DNA of 64,000 nucleotides, from the NCBI GenBank assembly GCA_050331735.1, contig JBHJGN010000044.1, positions 32,001 through 96,000 on the forward strand. Reading direction: 5' to 3'. The notes beneath the pieces were generated by a model, which did not search any database, was not told the DNA's origin, and saw nothing but the letters and a program-made list of their open reading frames with translations. This DNA comes from Cyanophyceae cyanobacterium. GTDB lineage: Bacteria > Cyanobacteriota > Cyanobacteriia > Cyanobacteriales > JBHJGN01. Positions within the stretch are counted from its first letter, which is position 1; each line of letters opens with the position of its first letter. A program made the translations under genes and the position numbers. Shown here piece by piece: positions 44,686 through 55,010 of this stretch.

Positions 44686-45598
44686 CGCGGTGCTCTCGAA
44701 TCAGCGTTAGGAAGACTTGGGTTAAATCGGCTCGCTCCTGCTTGACTTGAAGTAGGGGCAGGGGCTTGAGAACGGCTAAGATTTGATAAAGGCCAGCGGA
44801 GTTACCTGGGTAGATAATCTGTTCGTTTTGCACAGTTGCTCCCAAGGACTGAAGCTGACTCGTTCTCTCTTCATCCAGCGCCTCAGCCACTTCAACAATG
44901 TAGGTAGAGCCAGAAAACCGGCGGAGCAGTTCGCGGGTCGATTCAACCGCCACCAGCTTGCCAGACTGCATAATGGCTACGCGTTGAGAGATTTCCTCCG
45001 CCACGATCAGTTGATGGGTGGTTAGCAGAACAGCACACCCCTCAGCGGCAATTTCTTTAACCAATTCCTTGACGTTTTCGCTGGCTTCCACGTCGAGTCC
45101 GAGGGTAGGTTCATCTAGCAGCAGCAGCTTGGGCTGATGAACGAGCGCCACGGCGAGCGCCACTTTTTGCTGCATCCCCCGCGAGAGGTCGCGGACCGGT
45201 GTACGGTATTTATCTTGAAGACCAAACCGCTTGAGCAGATGACCTCCCTGTTGGCGGGCGGCCCTGCGGCTCATGCCTCTGAGGACTCCAAAATACTCTA
45301 GGTTTTCCTGGCAGGTAAGCCGCCAGTAGAGGTTGCGGTTTCCTTCTAGCACCGCGCCCAGTTTGCGCAAAGCTTGAGGATAGCGATGGGGGTCGCGGTC
45401 CGCAATTTTGACCCAGCCAGAATCCGGCTCGACTAACCCCGCAATCATTTTAATACTGGTAGTTTTCCCGGCTCCATTGGGACCGAGAAACGCCAATACT
45501 TCTCCCGCCGCAATGGAGAAGGAAATGCCTCGCACTGCCTCAATTGATTTACCACTGTACCGATAGGTTTTGTGGAGGTTGGACACCTCAAGGGTCAT
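44666..45598 (-). CDS. ABC exporter ATP-binding protein
   Basis: GPNGAGKTT, LSRGMQQ, LDEPT. Confidence 0.95.
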   Translation of the reverse strand: MTLEVSNLHKTYRYSGKSIEAVRGISFSIAAGEVLAFLGPNGAGKTTSIKMIAGLVEPDSGWVKIADRDPHRYPQALRKLGAVLEGNRNLYWRLTCQENLEYFGVLRGMSRRAARQQGGHLLKRFGLQDKYRTPVRDLSRGMQQKVALAVALVHQPKLLLLDEPTLGLDVEASENVKELVKEIAAEGCAVLLTTHQLIVAEEISQRVAIMQSGKLVAVESTRELLRRFSGSTYIVEVAEALDEERTSQLQSLGATVQNEQIIYPGNSAGLYQILAVLKPLPLLQVKQERADLTQVFLTLIREHRDGAIPG

Positions 45599-45875
45599 AG
45601 GTAGCCGTTGCTCTGTTGACGGTTGATGGTTTGCTGGCTCTAACAGGAAGTCCCTTCTGTTTGAGCGCCCTATCTATAAACAATATTCTCTCCCTCTCGA
45701 AGCATCCTTCGCTACCAGAGCGGAGCACTTAGCTGCTGATATAGTATCAAAAATAACAATAATTTGACTCAAGCAGCCATCAATACTTGTTCGTATAGAT
45801 AGCCACGCAGTTGAGGGCGAGAAGAATTCTTGAACTCCCTTTCCCCTTGACCCTTTCCCCAGTTCTCGAATGGCC

Positions 45876-46994
45876 TTATGACCTTCTTAAACTTCTCGGA
45901 TCGAGAGCATCCCGCAGACCATCTCCGAGTAAATTGAAGGCGAGGACCGTTAACACAATGAGGAGAGCAGGAGGCCAGATCAGCCAGGGCTGTAACACCA
46001 AAATTGACGCATTGGTTGCTAGCGAGAGCAAATTTCCCCAGCTTGGGTCGGGCTGCTGAATCCCGAGTCCGATGAGGCTCAAAACCGATTCTGCGACGAT
46101 AAATCCGGGAACCGCCAAAGTGGCAGAAATGACGATATAGCTCGCCGTTTGCGGCAGGACGTGCCGCACGATAATGTAAAAAGGCTTGGCTCCCATCGCC
46201 CGGGCTGCCTGGACAAACTCTTGTTCTTTAAGGGATAGTACCTGTCCGCGAATTACCCTCGCTAGCCCTGACCAACTGATAAACGAAGTAATGAGCACAA
46301 TCAGTAAAAAGCGCTGAGCGCTGCTTAAGCCGGGAGGCAGAACGGCTGCTAGAGCAACCAGTAAATAAATTCCCGGAATCGTCATCAGCACTTCGACCAA
46401 GCGCATTAAGATGCTATCCGCCCAGCCGCCGAAATAGCCAGCGATGCCTCCAATCAGCATGCCCAGCGGGAAGGAAATGGTAATACCGACCAACCCAATA
46501 AACAGACTAATTCTGCCGCCGTAGACGAGCCGACTAAACTGATCTCGCCCTTGTTCGTCGGTGCCGAGGATGTTGATTTTAGCTTCTCCAAGAGCACCGA
46601 ATAGATGGCGGTTGCTAGGAATGCCGGGGAACACCGTGACGGCTTCCCAAGTAGGCGGTAAAGGCAAACGAATTTCAAAGAGGCGGTAGGGTCTGCCGGC
46701 CACTAATAAACGAACTGGCGCTGGCTGCTGAAAATCGACGCGGAGTTCGCGATCGCCGGTCTCTAATTCTGTTGGTCCTTGGGTGGTGGGATAAATATGA
46801 GGGCCAAGCCATTCTCCTTGGGAAGTACGCCAGTAAATCGTTGTTGGCGGCAGTAAAGAACCGTCTGGCTGGGAAACGTATGGATCGTAAGGGGCAACGA
46901 AATCAGCCACAATCACGGTCAGGTACAAAACCAACAAAATTGCCGCTCCAAATCGGGCCAAAAAGTTTTTTTGTAGTCGCTGCCACCAGTTCAT
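45876..46994 (-). CDS. Oligopeptide ABC permease (OppC/DppC type)
   Basis: LGTDEQGRD, EFVQAARAMGA, GDGLRDALDP. Confidence 0.93.
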   Translation of the reverse strand: MNWWQRLQKNFLARFGAAILLVLYLTVIVADFVAPYDPYVSQPDGSLLPPTTIYWRTSQGEWLGPHIYPTTQGPTELETGDRELRVDFQQPAPVRLLVAGRPYRLFEIRLPLPPTWEAVTVFPGIPSNRHLFGALGEAKINILGTDEQGRDQFSRLVYGGRISLFIGLVGITISFPLGMLIGGIAGYFGGWADSILMRLVEVLMTIPGIYLLVALAAVLPPGLSSAQRFLLIVLITSFISWSGLARVIRGQVLSLKEQEFVQAARAMGAKPFYIIVRHVLPQTASYIVISATLAVPGFIVAESVLSLIGLGIQQPDPSWGNLLSLATNASILVLQPWLIWPPALLIVLTVLAFNLLGDGLRDALDPRSLRRS

Positions 46995-47178
46995 GCCGCC
47001 TCCAGAGCTAGGATTAAGTGTCAGTTTAACAAAAAGCTGTTAGCTAGTAGCTATTGGCTTTCCTAAATTCATCGCTGCGCTCAGTTGTCACTTCTGTTCA
47101 AACCTTGACAGAACCGATAAGATTAAGTTATCTGCTCAATAATTTAGCTAAATTTGTGCCCTTCAGCGTGCTGGACGA

Positions 47179-47766
47179 ATGACCTACACGACTCAAGAAC
47201 TCATAGACATTTTAGATCGAGAACTGAGAGCTAATTGGAAGGGCGAGCGGGTGGTGCTGTCGTCCGCAGAGCGCCTGGATAATCCGGTAGTAGCGAAGGC
47301 GCTAAACTTGCAGAAGATTAGTAAAGTGTTCGCCTACCAAGATTTCCGCCAGCAAATTCATGCCTATCAAAGAGAACACGGTATCTCTGGCGTTATTTGG
47401 CGAACGACGACTTTTAAGGGTAAAACCCTGCGCTTTCCTGAGCTGCATAACCAGCTAGTAGTCGTTCCTGGAGACAAGGAAATCCTGATGGCGGCGAAAG
47501 CAGCAGTGGTCGCTTTTTGGTGGGAGGCGGTCGAGTCGATGAGCTTTTGGTTGGCCGGCGATCGCCACAAAAAAATCACCCCCGACTACGTGCTTTATCT
47601 AGTGAGACAAGCAGAGTGGGCGGATTTAGATGCGGCTCAGACAGAACTGTACCTAGGCTTGTGCTGGGGAAATCCGCAAGAATGTCAGTATCGCTGGGCG
47701 AAACCCAAATCTGGCTGTAATCGCATTATTGCCGCTAGCGATCGCCCAAGCTCCATCAAGGTATAG
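47179..47766 (+). CDS. Conserved hypothetical protein
   Basis: 195-aa ATG ORF of normal composition upstream of the ccmK genes. Confidence 0.75.
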   Translation: MTYTTQELIDILDRELRANWKGERVVLSSAERLDNPVVAKALNLQKISKVFAYQDFRQQIHAYQREHGISGVIWRTTTFKGKTLRFPELHNQLVVVPGDKEILMAAKAAVVAFWWEAVESMSFWLAGDRHKKITPDYVLYLVRQAEWADLDAAQTELYLGLCWGNPQECQYRWAKPKSGCNRIIAASDRPSSIKV

Positions 47767-47885
47767 TAAAATCAACACAGCACAAATTCTCAATCCAAGA
47801 GCATGATTCGGTTGTCGCAAACTCACGAACCCGAACGAGTGGCGGCGTTGAGAATCATCACTATTCACCATCAAGGACAGAAGCG

Positions 47886-48191
47886 ATGCCAGAAGCAGTG
47901 GGAGTAATTGAATCGTTGGGATTTCCATCGATCCTAGCCGCCGCCGATGCAATGGTCAAAGGGGGTCGCGTGACGCTTGTTTACTTCGACAAGGCTGAGA
48001 AAGGAAATTTTGTGGTAGCGGTGCGCGGCAGTATCTCGGAAGTCAAACCTGCCGTTGCCTCTGGACTCGCGGCGGCAGAATCGGCTTTTGGTGGCAAAGT
48101 GATGTCTTATTACATTGTGCCTAATCCACCAGAAAACGTGGTGTCGGTCTTACCCATCGAGTATACCGAGGAGGTGGAAGAGTTTCGTTGA
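47886..48191 (+). CDS. ccmK3: Carboxysome shell BMC protein CcmK3
   Basis: AAADAMVKGGRV, IVPNPPEN; satellite pair with ccmK4. Confidence 0.88.
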   Translation: MPEAVGVIESLGFPSILAAADAMVKGGRVTLVYFDKAEKGNFVVAVRGSISEVKPAVASGLAAAESAFGGKVMSYYIVPNPPENVVSVLPIEYTEEVEEFR

Positions 48192-48318
48192 TGACCTAAC
48201 CCGGTCTCGTTTGTTCCCGGTTAGATTATAGTTAAAGACTGACCCACAGAAAGATTTCTTTCCAGACCCTTCTTGGGCAACAACCCTAATTATTCATTAC
48301 TACGATAGGAGATGACTC

Positions 48319-48672
48319 ATGCCGGCTCAATCTGCGGTTGGATCAATTGAAACAAAAGGCTTTCCTGGCATCTTAGCAGCAGCCGACGCTATGGTAAAAG
48401 CTGGAAGAGTGACTCTGGTAGGCTATATCAGAGTCGGAAGTGCTCGCTGGACGATTAACATTCGCGGGGATGTTTCAGAGGTAAAAACCGCGATGGCAGC
48501 GGGAATTGATGCTGTGGAAAAGGCCGAGGGCGCAACGTTAGAATCTTGGGTCATTATTCCTCGTCCTCACGAAAACGTGGTCGCGGTTTTACCCATAGAC
48601 TACAACGAGAATGTTGAACGGTTCCGCGAGGCAGTAGAACGCGCTATTCTTCCTGGCGTTTCTCGGCGTTAG
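48319..48672 (+). CDS. ccmK4: Carboxysome shell BMC protein CcmK4
   Basis: MPAQSAVGSIETKGFPG, RVGSAR, IIPRPHEN. Confidence 0.88.
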   Translation: MPAQSAVGSIETKGFPGILAAADAMVKAGRVTLVGYIRVGSARWTINIRGDVSEVKTAMAAGIDAVEKAEGATLESWVIIPRPHENVVAVLPIDYNENVERFREAVERAILPGVSRR

Positions 48673-48737
48673 TAGAGCTCAGTCCTGCTTCGGGACAAGA
48701 GACCCTGGCCTAATCCCATAGATCCTTAGAGCAGGAA

Positions 48738-49268
48738 TTACGAGCGCCGGAACCAAGTTCCGGCCACTCCTTGGCTGGGGCGAAGATTAGTAAGGAGGCG
48801 CTGACTCATAGCCCTTAGATACAGAAACACCGGAAATTGATAGTACTGCACCACTAACCAACCGATAAACGCGAGGTGGAGTGAGAAGGTTAATAGCGTC
48901 CAAAAGAGCGGCAACCAGCTCAACGGACTATCGGGGACAGGAGGAAATAAGTATCCGGCCACGCCAACTAGAGTAGGAGGAAACACAATAAAAGCAGCTC
49001 CGGCCACCCAATAAACCCACGTTGGTTCCGTTCCGTCTCGATACACCCCTTTCCAAATCCGACCATCCCAGCACCAGGTTAAGGGAAGCTGGCTGTCTGC
49101 CATTTTCAGCAACTGTTTCTCTAAATTGGCAACAAAGATATGGCGGCAAAAGTTACAGGAAAAGGTGTCTTCCATCAGCGGCATAGCGGAAATTTGACCG
49201 TGACGACAGACAGGACAGGTATAAACGCTGCCATAGCCAAAAGGAGTAAATTCAGGTAAATGGGGCAT
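48738..49268 (-). CDS. Hypothetical membrane protein with Zn-ribbon
   Basis: CPVC...CNFC plus two TM helices. Confidence 0.8.
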   Translation of the reverse strand: MPHLPEFTPFGYGSVYTCPVCRHGQISAMPLMEDTFSCNFCRHIFVANLEKQLLKMADSQLPLTWCWDGRIWKGVYRDGTEPTWVYWVAGAAFIVFPPTLVGVAGYLFPPVPDSPLSWLPLFWTLLTFSLHLAFIGWLVVQYYQFPVFLYLRAMSQRLLTNLRPSQGVAGTWFRRS

Positions 49269-49367
49269 AGAAATCGCATACTTTGAGATAAAAGTACAGT
49301 CGGTGCTAGATTTTCTGCTAGCAATTTTTTCTCGCTGTTAACGAGAGCATGGGTATTAAATGACTAG

Positions 49368-49847
49368 TTAAGCCAGATTCGGAGGAATATCAGAGCGAGA
49401 TGCCGTATTGAGCTGCTGAAGTTGAGTTTGAATCAACTGATAGAGAGCGATCCGACCAATTTCGATGCCGGTTGATAAATCTCCCGGAGTATCTAGAAAC
49501 AGGGCACTGTCTATCTGTTTGAGAGCAAAAAGCTGGAACAGAATTTGCGTAACTGGTACAGGCAGGGCTAAGAGTTGCGGATCGGCAGTTCCCTGACTGT
49601 TGGCAGCATCTTGAACAGTGGCAAACGCATAAATGACCTTTTTCTCTTGCTGAGGCTGAGTGCGGCTGCGAAGCGTTGTCGTTACCCAGCCTTGGTCTAA
49701 GCTCTGCACGACGTAGTATTGAAGATGCTGTAGTTTGGTGGCGATCGCTTTTAAAACAGGAGCAACTGCTTTTTGCATCACCGAAGACGGTACGCCGTGC
49801 TGAGGCGCTTCATGAATGAGAACTTGAAGTTGTTGGTCTAAATCCAT
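49368..49847 (-). CDS. Conserved cyanobacterial hypothetical protein
   Basis: 159-aa ATG ORF ending IPPNLA. Confidence 0.75.
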   Translation of the reverse strand: MDLDQQLQVLIHEAPQHGVPSSVMQKAVAPVLKAIATKLQHLQYYVVQSLDQGWVTTTLRSRTQPQQEKKVIYAFATVQDAANSQGTADPQLLALPVPVTQILFQLFALKQIDSALFLDTPGDLSTGIEIGRIALYQLIQTQLQQLNTASRSDIPPNLA

Positions 49848-49935
49848 TACTTAAGGAAGGCTGGCCATACTTTTAGGATACTCCTCATTTCTCTAACTGG
49901 GGGGTTAATTCAGATTAAGCTTAAGAGCAGATTGG

Positions 49936-50676
49936 TTGATGACACTTTCATTTTGGACAAAAACAAGCGGCACCTGGATCAACGTACTGACGGTTCTAGC
50001 GGGAACGGCTCTCGGCTTAATGCTCAACCGTCTTCCGCAAAGCTGGCTGCGGATCGTTGCTCAGGGAGTTGGGTTGTTGACTCTGTGGCTTGGTTTAACC
50101 ATGTCGGGCAGCTTAACCCAGGTGCAAGCCGGAGTCGATGGGGCCGTATTGGGACTGCTGGCGATCGCCTTGGGTGGCATCATCGGAGAGTGGTGGCAGC
50201 TTGAAGAACGCTTAGCGGCAGTAGGCGACTGGCTCAAACAGCGCTTTCGCGGTCAAGGACGCTTTACCGAGGGGTTTGTCGCAGCTAGCCTGCTATTCTG
50301 TGTCGGTCCGATGACCCTGATTGGCAGTCTCAACAATGGTCTGAGCGGAGATAACACGCTGCTCACTCTCAAAGCCGCGATGGACGGTATTGCGGCGCTC
50401 GTTTTTACCAGTACCTACGGCATTGGCGTAGGATTTTCTACCTTAGTCATTCTTGTTTATCAGGGCGGACTTTCTCTGGCGGCTGGTACGCTCGCAACAG
50501 CCATCGGAGATCCGGCAACAGATCCGCGCGTTGTGCTCGCTACCGGAGTCGGGGGACTGATGATTATGGGAATTGGGCTAAATTTGCTAGAAGTCACAAA
50601 AATTCGCGTTGCTTCTTTCCTCCCCGCACTGCTGCTAGCCCCGGTCATTTATGGAGTGGCTCAATGGCTGACATAA
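49936..50676 (+). CDS. DUF554 membrane protein
   Basis: SGTWIN, GFVAASLLFCVGPM, LKAAMDG. Confidence 0.9.
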   Translation: MMTLSFWTKTSGTWINVLTVLAGTALGLMLNRLPQSWLRIVAQGVGLLTLWLGLTMSGSLTQVQAGVDGAVLGLLAIALGGIIGEWWQLEERLAAVGDWLKQRFRGQGRFTEGFVAASLLFCVGPMTLIGSLNNGLSGDNTLLTLKAAMDGIAALVFTSTYGIGVGFSTLVILVYQGGLSLAAGTLATAIGDPATDPRVVLATGVGGLMIMGIGLNLLEVTKIRVASFLPALLLAPVIYGVAQWLT

Positions 50677-50747
50677 AGCGCCTTCGGCGCGGGAAAAAAG
50701 TTGCTCCGCAACGGGACATTTTCCCCTTTCCCCGTCGCGGAGCGACT

Positions 50748-52385
50748 TCATTGAGTTTCTCGTTCCTTGAGCTTGAGCAAAATTTCGTCATGGACTGCGC
50801 GGGTGATGGGGTAGAAGTAGGCAAGCACAACGCCAGCAACCAGAATGATACTGGGCAACGGTCCCACCGCCAGCCGGATCGCCAGCAAAGCGCTATCTGG
50901 CTGCACGGGAATCTCTCCTCCCGGCGGTCTTTCAATGAATCCGGCAAATTCCAACACTTGACCGACCAAAAAGAGGGCGATCGCTAATCCCAGTTTTTGC
51001 AGCAGCACCATAAAGCCATAGAAAATGCCTTCCCGCCGCTGACCCGTTTGCAGTTCGTCTAGCTCAATCACGTCGGGAACCATCGACCAGGGAACCAGGT
51101 AGGCCACGGCAACGCCAAATCCCGCCATCACTGCTCCCAGGTACATCAACCCAACCTGTCCTGGCTGAATTAAAAACAGAAACGCCTGAGCCACAATCCA
51201 GATTCCCGTGCCCATAAAATAAACTGCTCGTTTGCCGACGCGATCGCTAACGGCTTTCCAAAAGAACAGCATCACCAACGCCGTGCCCTGCACCGCAATG
51301 GCCGCCTGGGGAAAGGCTCCTTCGGGCAGTCCCATCCAGCTCACCACAAAATAAATCAAAATCGATGCCGTGAGCTGCACTGCCAGCCAGGAACACAAGT
51401 AGATGCCGATGATGTATAAAAACGGCCTGTTGCTGAAGACGATCTTGAGCTGTTCGCTAAAGCCAATGGTCGGCTGAGCCTGCGCTAACCGAGCGGTAGC
51501 GTGGTGATCGCTTAAATGGGGTTCAGGAGTCGCTCGCAGCAACGTCACGCCAAATAGCGCGATTTCTAAGCCAATGAGGAGAGCGAGAGTGCCGAAAAAA
51601 TCGGCTCCTGAAGACTCAACGAGAGGAGCAGTAATTGGCAGGGTTCTCAGCAATCCATAGACCACTGCGGCAGCGCCGATGATTCCTAAAACGGTTCCTA
51701 CCCCTTTTTTCTGCTGTGGCTGGAGAATCGGCTGCCGACCCCGTTCCTGAATGCGCAAAGCGCACCAAAGCAGGGCAATCACGGAGAAAATACTGCTCAC
51801 TAAGCCCAAAACCCAGTACTGCCGCGCGGGATTGTCGGGAAACTGACTGAAGATAAACCCGGCCAAAATAAGAGTAAGAATACTGCCGCCGATGGAAAAA
51901 GCGAAGCGATAGCTATTGAGACTGGTGCGTTCGTTGTAGTCTTGAGTCAGTTCGGGGGTAAGAGCCGTATAGGGTAAGTTAACAACCGTGTAGGCCAGGT
52001 TAAACAATATCCCAATTAGCACATAGTAACCGAACAGCCACCAGTTATTGACGGTATCGCTATCGCTGAGGCGAGGAATAATCCACTGTAGGAAAAACAA
52101 GATTCCAAACGGAATCGCTCCCGCCAGCATCCAGGGAAGACGACGACCCCAGCGAGTCCGCGTACGATCGCTCAAAATCCCGGCAATCGGATCGTTAATG
52201 GCATCCGAAATTTTCCCAATCGCTAAAATACTGCCAGCTAAACCCGCCGGTAAACCTGCCACGTTCGTAAAAAAGTACAGCAGGAAAAACACTAACACGT
52301 TGGCCGTCATCGCTGGTCCCAGATCCCCAGCTCCATAGGCTAGTTTTGTGGTGAAATTGAGCTTTTCTCGGTTGGGAGCGTTCAT
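50748..52385 (-). CDS. MFS transporter, glycoside-pentoside-hexuronide (MelB-like) family
   Basis: KLAYGAGD, DAINDP...SDRTRTRWGRR, ELTQDYNERT, RREG. Confidence 0.92.
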   Translation of the reverse strand: MNAPNREKLNFTTKLAYGAGDLGPAMTANVLVFFLLYFFTNVAGLPAGLAGSILAIGKISDAINDPIAGILSDRTRTRWGRRLPWMLAGAIPFGILFFLQWIIPRLSDSDTVNNWWLFGYYVLIGILFNLAYTVVNLPYTALTPELTQDYNERTSLNSYRFAFSIGGSILTLILAGFIFSQFPDNPARQYWVLGLVSSIFSVIALLWCALRIQERGRQPILQPQQKKGVGTVLGIIGAAAVVYGLLRTLPITAPLVESSGADFFGTLALLIGLEIALFGVTLLRATPEPHLSDHHATARLAQAQPTIGFSEQLKIVFSNRPFLYIIGIYLCSWLAVQLTASILIYFVVSWMGLPEGAFPQAAIAVQGTALVMLFFWKAVSDRVGKRAVYFMGTGIWIVAQAFLFLIQPGQVGLMYLGAVMAGFGVAVAYLVPWSMVPDVIELDELQTGQRREGIFYGFMVLLQKLGLAIALFLVGQVLEFAGFIERPPGGEIPVQPDSALLAIRLAVGPLPSIILVAGVVLAYFYPITRAVHDEILLKLKERETQ

Positions 52386-52762
52386 GAAATTATCGCTAAC
52401 AGACTATTAATTATGAACCATCGAGACGCGATCGCGATCGCGATGGTTCAATCAGGAGTGGCTCTCAAAATTCTGCCAGAAGTTAGCTTGCAGAAAGCGC
52501 AATTGGACAATAATTAGAGAAAGCGACAGCAGATTCAATCTTGCTAAATTCCCTTTCCCCTTTGCCCTTTCCCCGACAGCGCTAGCTGTCAGTTTATGTT
52601 GACGTTTGCTCGCCTGATTTGTTTATCAGTCGTTTACAAATGCAGTAAAACTGAGTAATGAAGAATATAGCAGTAGCTATCGCGCAGAAGCTTACCGCTT
52701 TTAGCAGTTATTCTCTTGTTCTGTAGCTCGTTACTCGTTGGTTGATTTACCCATTTGTCGTT

Positions 52763-53284
52763 ATGTCAGATTTATTTGTGTCCTGGTCTGAGTACCATCA
52801 AAATATTGAAACTCTCGCTGCCAAAATTTATCAGTCCGGCTGGAATTTTGACCAAATTATCTGTATTGCCAAGGGAGGATTGCGAGTGGGCGACATTCTT
52901 TGTCGTCTATTTGAGCAGCCCCTTGCTATTCTATCGACCGCTTCCTATCATGGAACGGGGAATCGCATCCGAAGCGAGCTTGAGATTTCTCAGCACTTAT
53001 CAATGGTTAGCGATCGCCTTGGCAGTAACATTCTCCTCGTTGACGATCTGGTAGACTCTGGGGTAAGTCTGCGAGAAGCGATGCGTTGGTTAGAGGAACG
53101 TTTTGGGGCTGACATTGAACAGCTACGCACCGCCGTGATTTGGTGTAAAGGCTGCTCAGAAATTATCCCCGACTACTACGTTCAATACCTGCCGGACAAC
53201 CCGTGGATTCATCAGCCGTTTGAGAAATACGAGCAAATGAGTCCTGCCGATTTAGCCGCCTCTAAGTTAGTCACCAGTGATTAG
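52763..53284 (+). CDS. Type I phosphoribosyltransferase (purine salvage-like)
   Basis: IAKGG, ILLVDDLVDSG, WIHQPFE. Confidence 0.9.
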   Translation: MSDLFVSWSEYHQNIETLAAKIYQSGWNFDQIICIAKGGLRVGDILCRLFEQPLAILSTASYHGTGNRIRSELEISQHLSMVSDRLGSNILLVDDLVDSGVSLREAMRWLEERFGADIEQLRTAVIWCKGCSEIIPDYYVQYLPDNPWIHQPFEKYEQMSPADLAASKLVTSD

Positions 53285-53660
53285 CATCGCTAAACTGTTA
53301 GTTGAGGACAGCCGATAGGAGCCGTGTATTTTCCCGATAATTTTCACGACTGAGGAAGCATGAAAAGGATAAAAGTCGATTAGGTGTGCTATTTCATTGT
53401 TCCTGTCGTTAATTAGATTGATAGTGGCCTCGGCGACAAAATCTCACTCTGTCAATTCAGAAAGCCAAATACGATCGGGATCTCGTCCTCCAGCGGTTAC
53501 TTTTCCATCTTTGATAACATGTTGGGCGGCTTTAGGCGCTCAGCACGCACATTTCCTGATGGCGCTGTAAAAGAAATAAAGAATAGAGGCCCGTCTTTAC
53601 CGGCATGACAAGCTTTTGACGACAGGGCTGTTCAATTTGGGGATTCGCGTGATAATTTAA

Positions 53661-53677
53661 GCTACTTATAGTCATCA
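53661..53677 (+). promoter_or_regulatory. Single C-box upstream of the methylase gene
   Basis: GCTACTTATAGTCATC, similar to the operator upstream of the C gene. Confidence 0.65.
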
Positions 53678-53689
53678 TATACAAATGCA

Positions 53690-55006
53690 ATGTCGCCAGT
53701 CAATCAAATCTCTTTGAATTTAGATAGTAATAACAAATCTGACGATATTAGCGGGCGAATAAAATACAGTCCTATTCATGTTTCTGAGTCAACATTCTTA
53801 GCAGGACTATCTGTTCATATTCACAGATGGTTCAGATTAACTCCTAGCTTTGCTCCTGATCTTGTTCGCGAAATGCTACACAAGCTAAACGCAGATATTG
53901 GAGACTATATTCTTGATCCTTTTTCTGGGGCAGGAACAACAGCTATTGAATTAGCCCTAGAAGGTTTTGATTCTTTGGGATTTGAAATTAACCTATTTTT
54001 GCACTTTGTAAATCATACTTCTTTGAACTGGAAGCTTGATACAGAATTATTAATATTGCATCTGTCAAGAATCCTGGAAGATTTTGATACTCTACGAGAA
54101 AAAGTTTCTTATGAGACCTTAGAAAAAGGTGGCTATAGGATTCCTGCTATCCACAATCCAACACGTTGGTGGCGACCAGATATATTAAAGGACTTGCTTG
54201 TTCTGAAACAATGTATAAACGAAACTGAAGCCCAACATGAACGTGACTTTTTTCGACTGGCACTTGCTGGAGTACTAGTTCCTAATTTAACAAATGTGAC
54301 TCTAGGAAGGTTACAACTTCATTTTATAAATCGTGACAATGATGAAATTGATGTGGGAGGCATTTTTGCAAAACATGCTCAGCAAATGATCAAGGATATT
54401 TATTACGTTCAACAAGTACCTAGACTTGGAAATTCAAAAGTACTTCTCCAAAACTCAACTAATTTGTCGAACATAAGTTTGCCCAAAAAAGTTAATTGTG
54501 TAATTACTTCACCTCCTTATCTAAACCGCTATAGCTACGTTTGGAATACTAGACCACATCTTTATATGTTAGATTTCATTTCAGCAGCAAAGGAAGCATC
54601 TTCAATAGATAAAAAAACCATAGGAGGAACTTGGGGTAGTGCTACTTCTGAGTTGACAAAAGGTAAATTTACTCCACTTAATAAAGCCGTGGAAGAAGCA
54701 ATTGGTTCTATTGTATCTGCTATACGTGAGCAAGACAATTTAATGGCAAATTATGCTGTTCACTACTTCAATCGTTTAACAGCACATTTAATAGAGCTAG
54801 AACGCATAAGTTCTCCAAATTTGCGCATTGCTTATGTTGTTGGAAACTCGTGGCTTAAGGGAGTGTACATTGAAACTGATTTAATTCTTGCTAAGATATT
54901 AGCTCGTTTAAACTTAAACCATCAAATCAACTCAGTTCATCGTTTTAGAAAGCGCAACAGCGGCAAGGAACTTTTCGAGTCAATTGTGTATGCATCTAAG
55001 AGCTAA
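53690..55006 (+). CDS. Amino-DNA methyltransferase, probably N4-cytosine
   Basis: Motif I ILDPFSGAGTT followed much later by motif IV ITSPPY; AT-rich. Confidence 0.9.
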   Translation: MSPVNQISLNLDSNNKSDDISGRIKYSPIHVSESTFLAGLSVHIHRWFRLTPSFAPDLVREMLHKLNADIGDYILDPFSGAGTTAIELALEGFDSLGFEINLFLHFVNHTSLNWKLDTELLILHLSRILEDFDTLREKVSYETLEKGGYRIPAIHNPTRWWRPDILKDLLVLKQCINETEAQHERDFFRLALAGVLVPNLTNVTLGRLQLHFINRDNDEIDVGGIFAKHAQQMIKDIYYVQQVPRLGNSKVLLQNSTNLSNISLPKKVNCVITSPPYLNRYSYVWNTRPHLYMLDFISAAKEASSIDKKTIGGTWGSATSELTKGKFTPLNKAVEEAIGSIVSAIREQDNLMANYAVHYFNRLTAHLIELERISSPNLRIAYVVGNSWLKGVYIETDLILAKILARLNLNHQINSVHRFRKRNSGKELFESIVYASKS

Positions 55007-55010
55007 TCTC

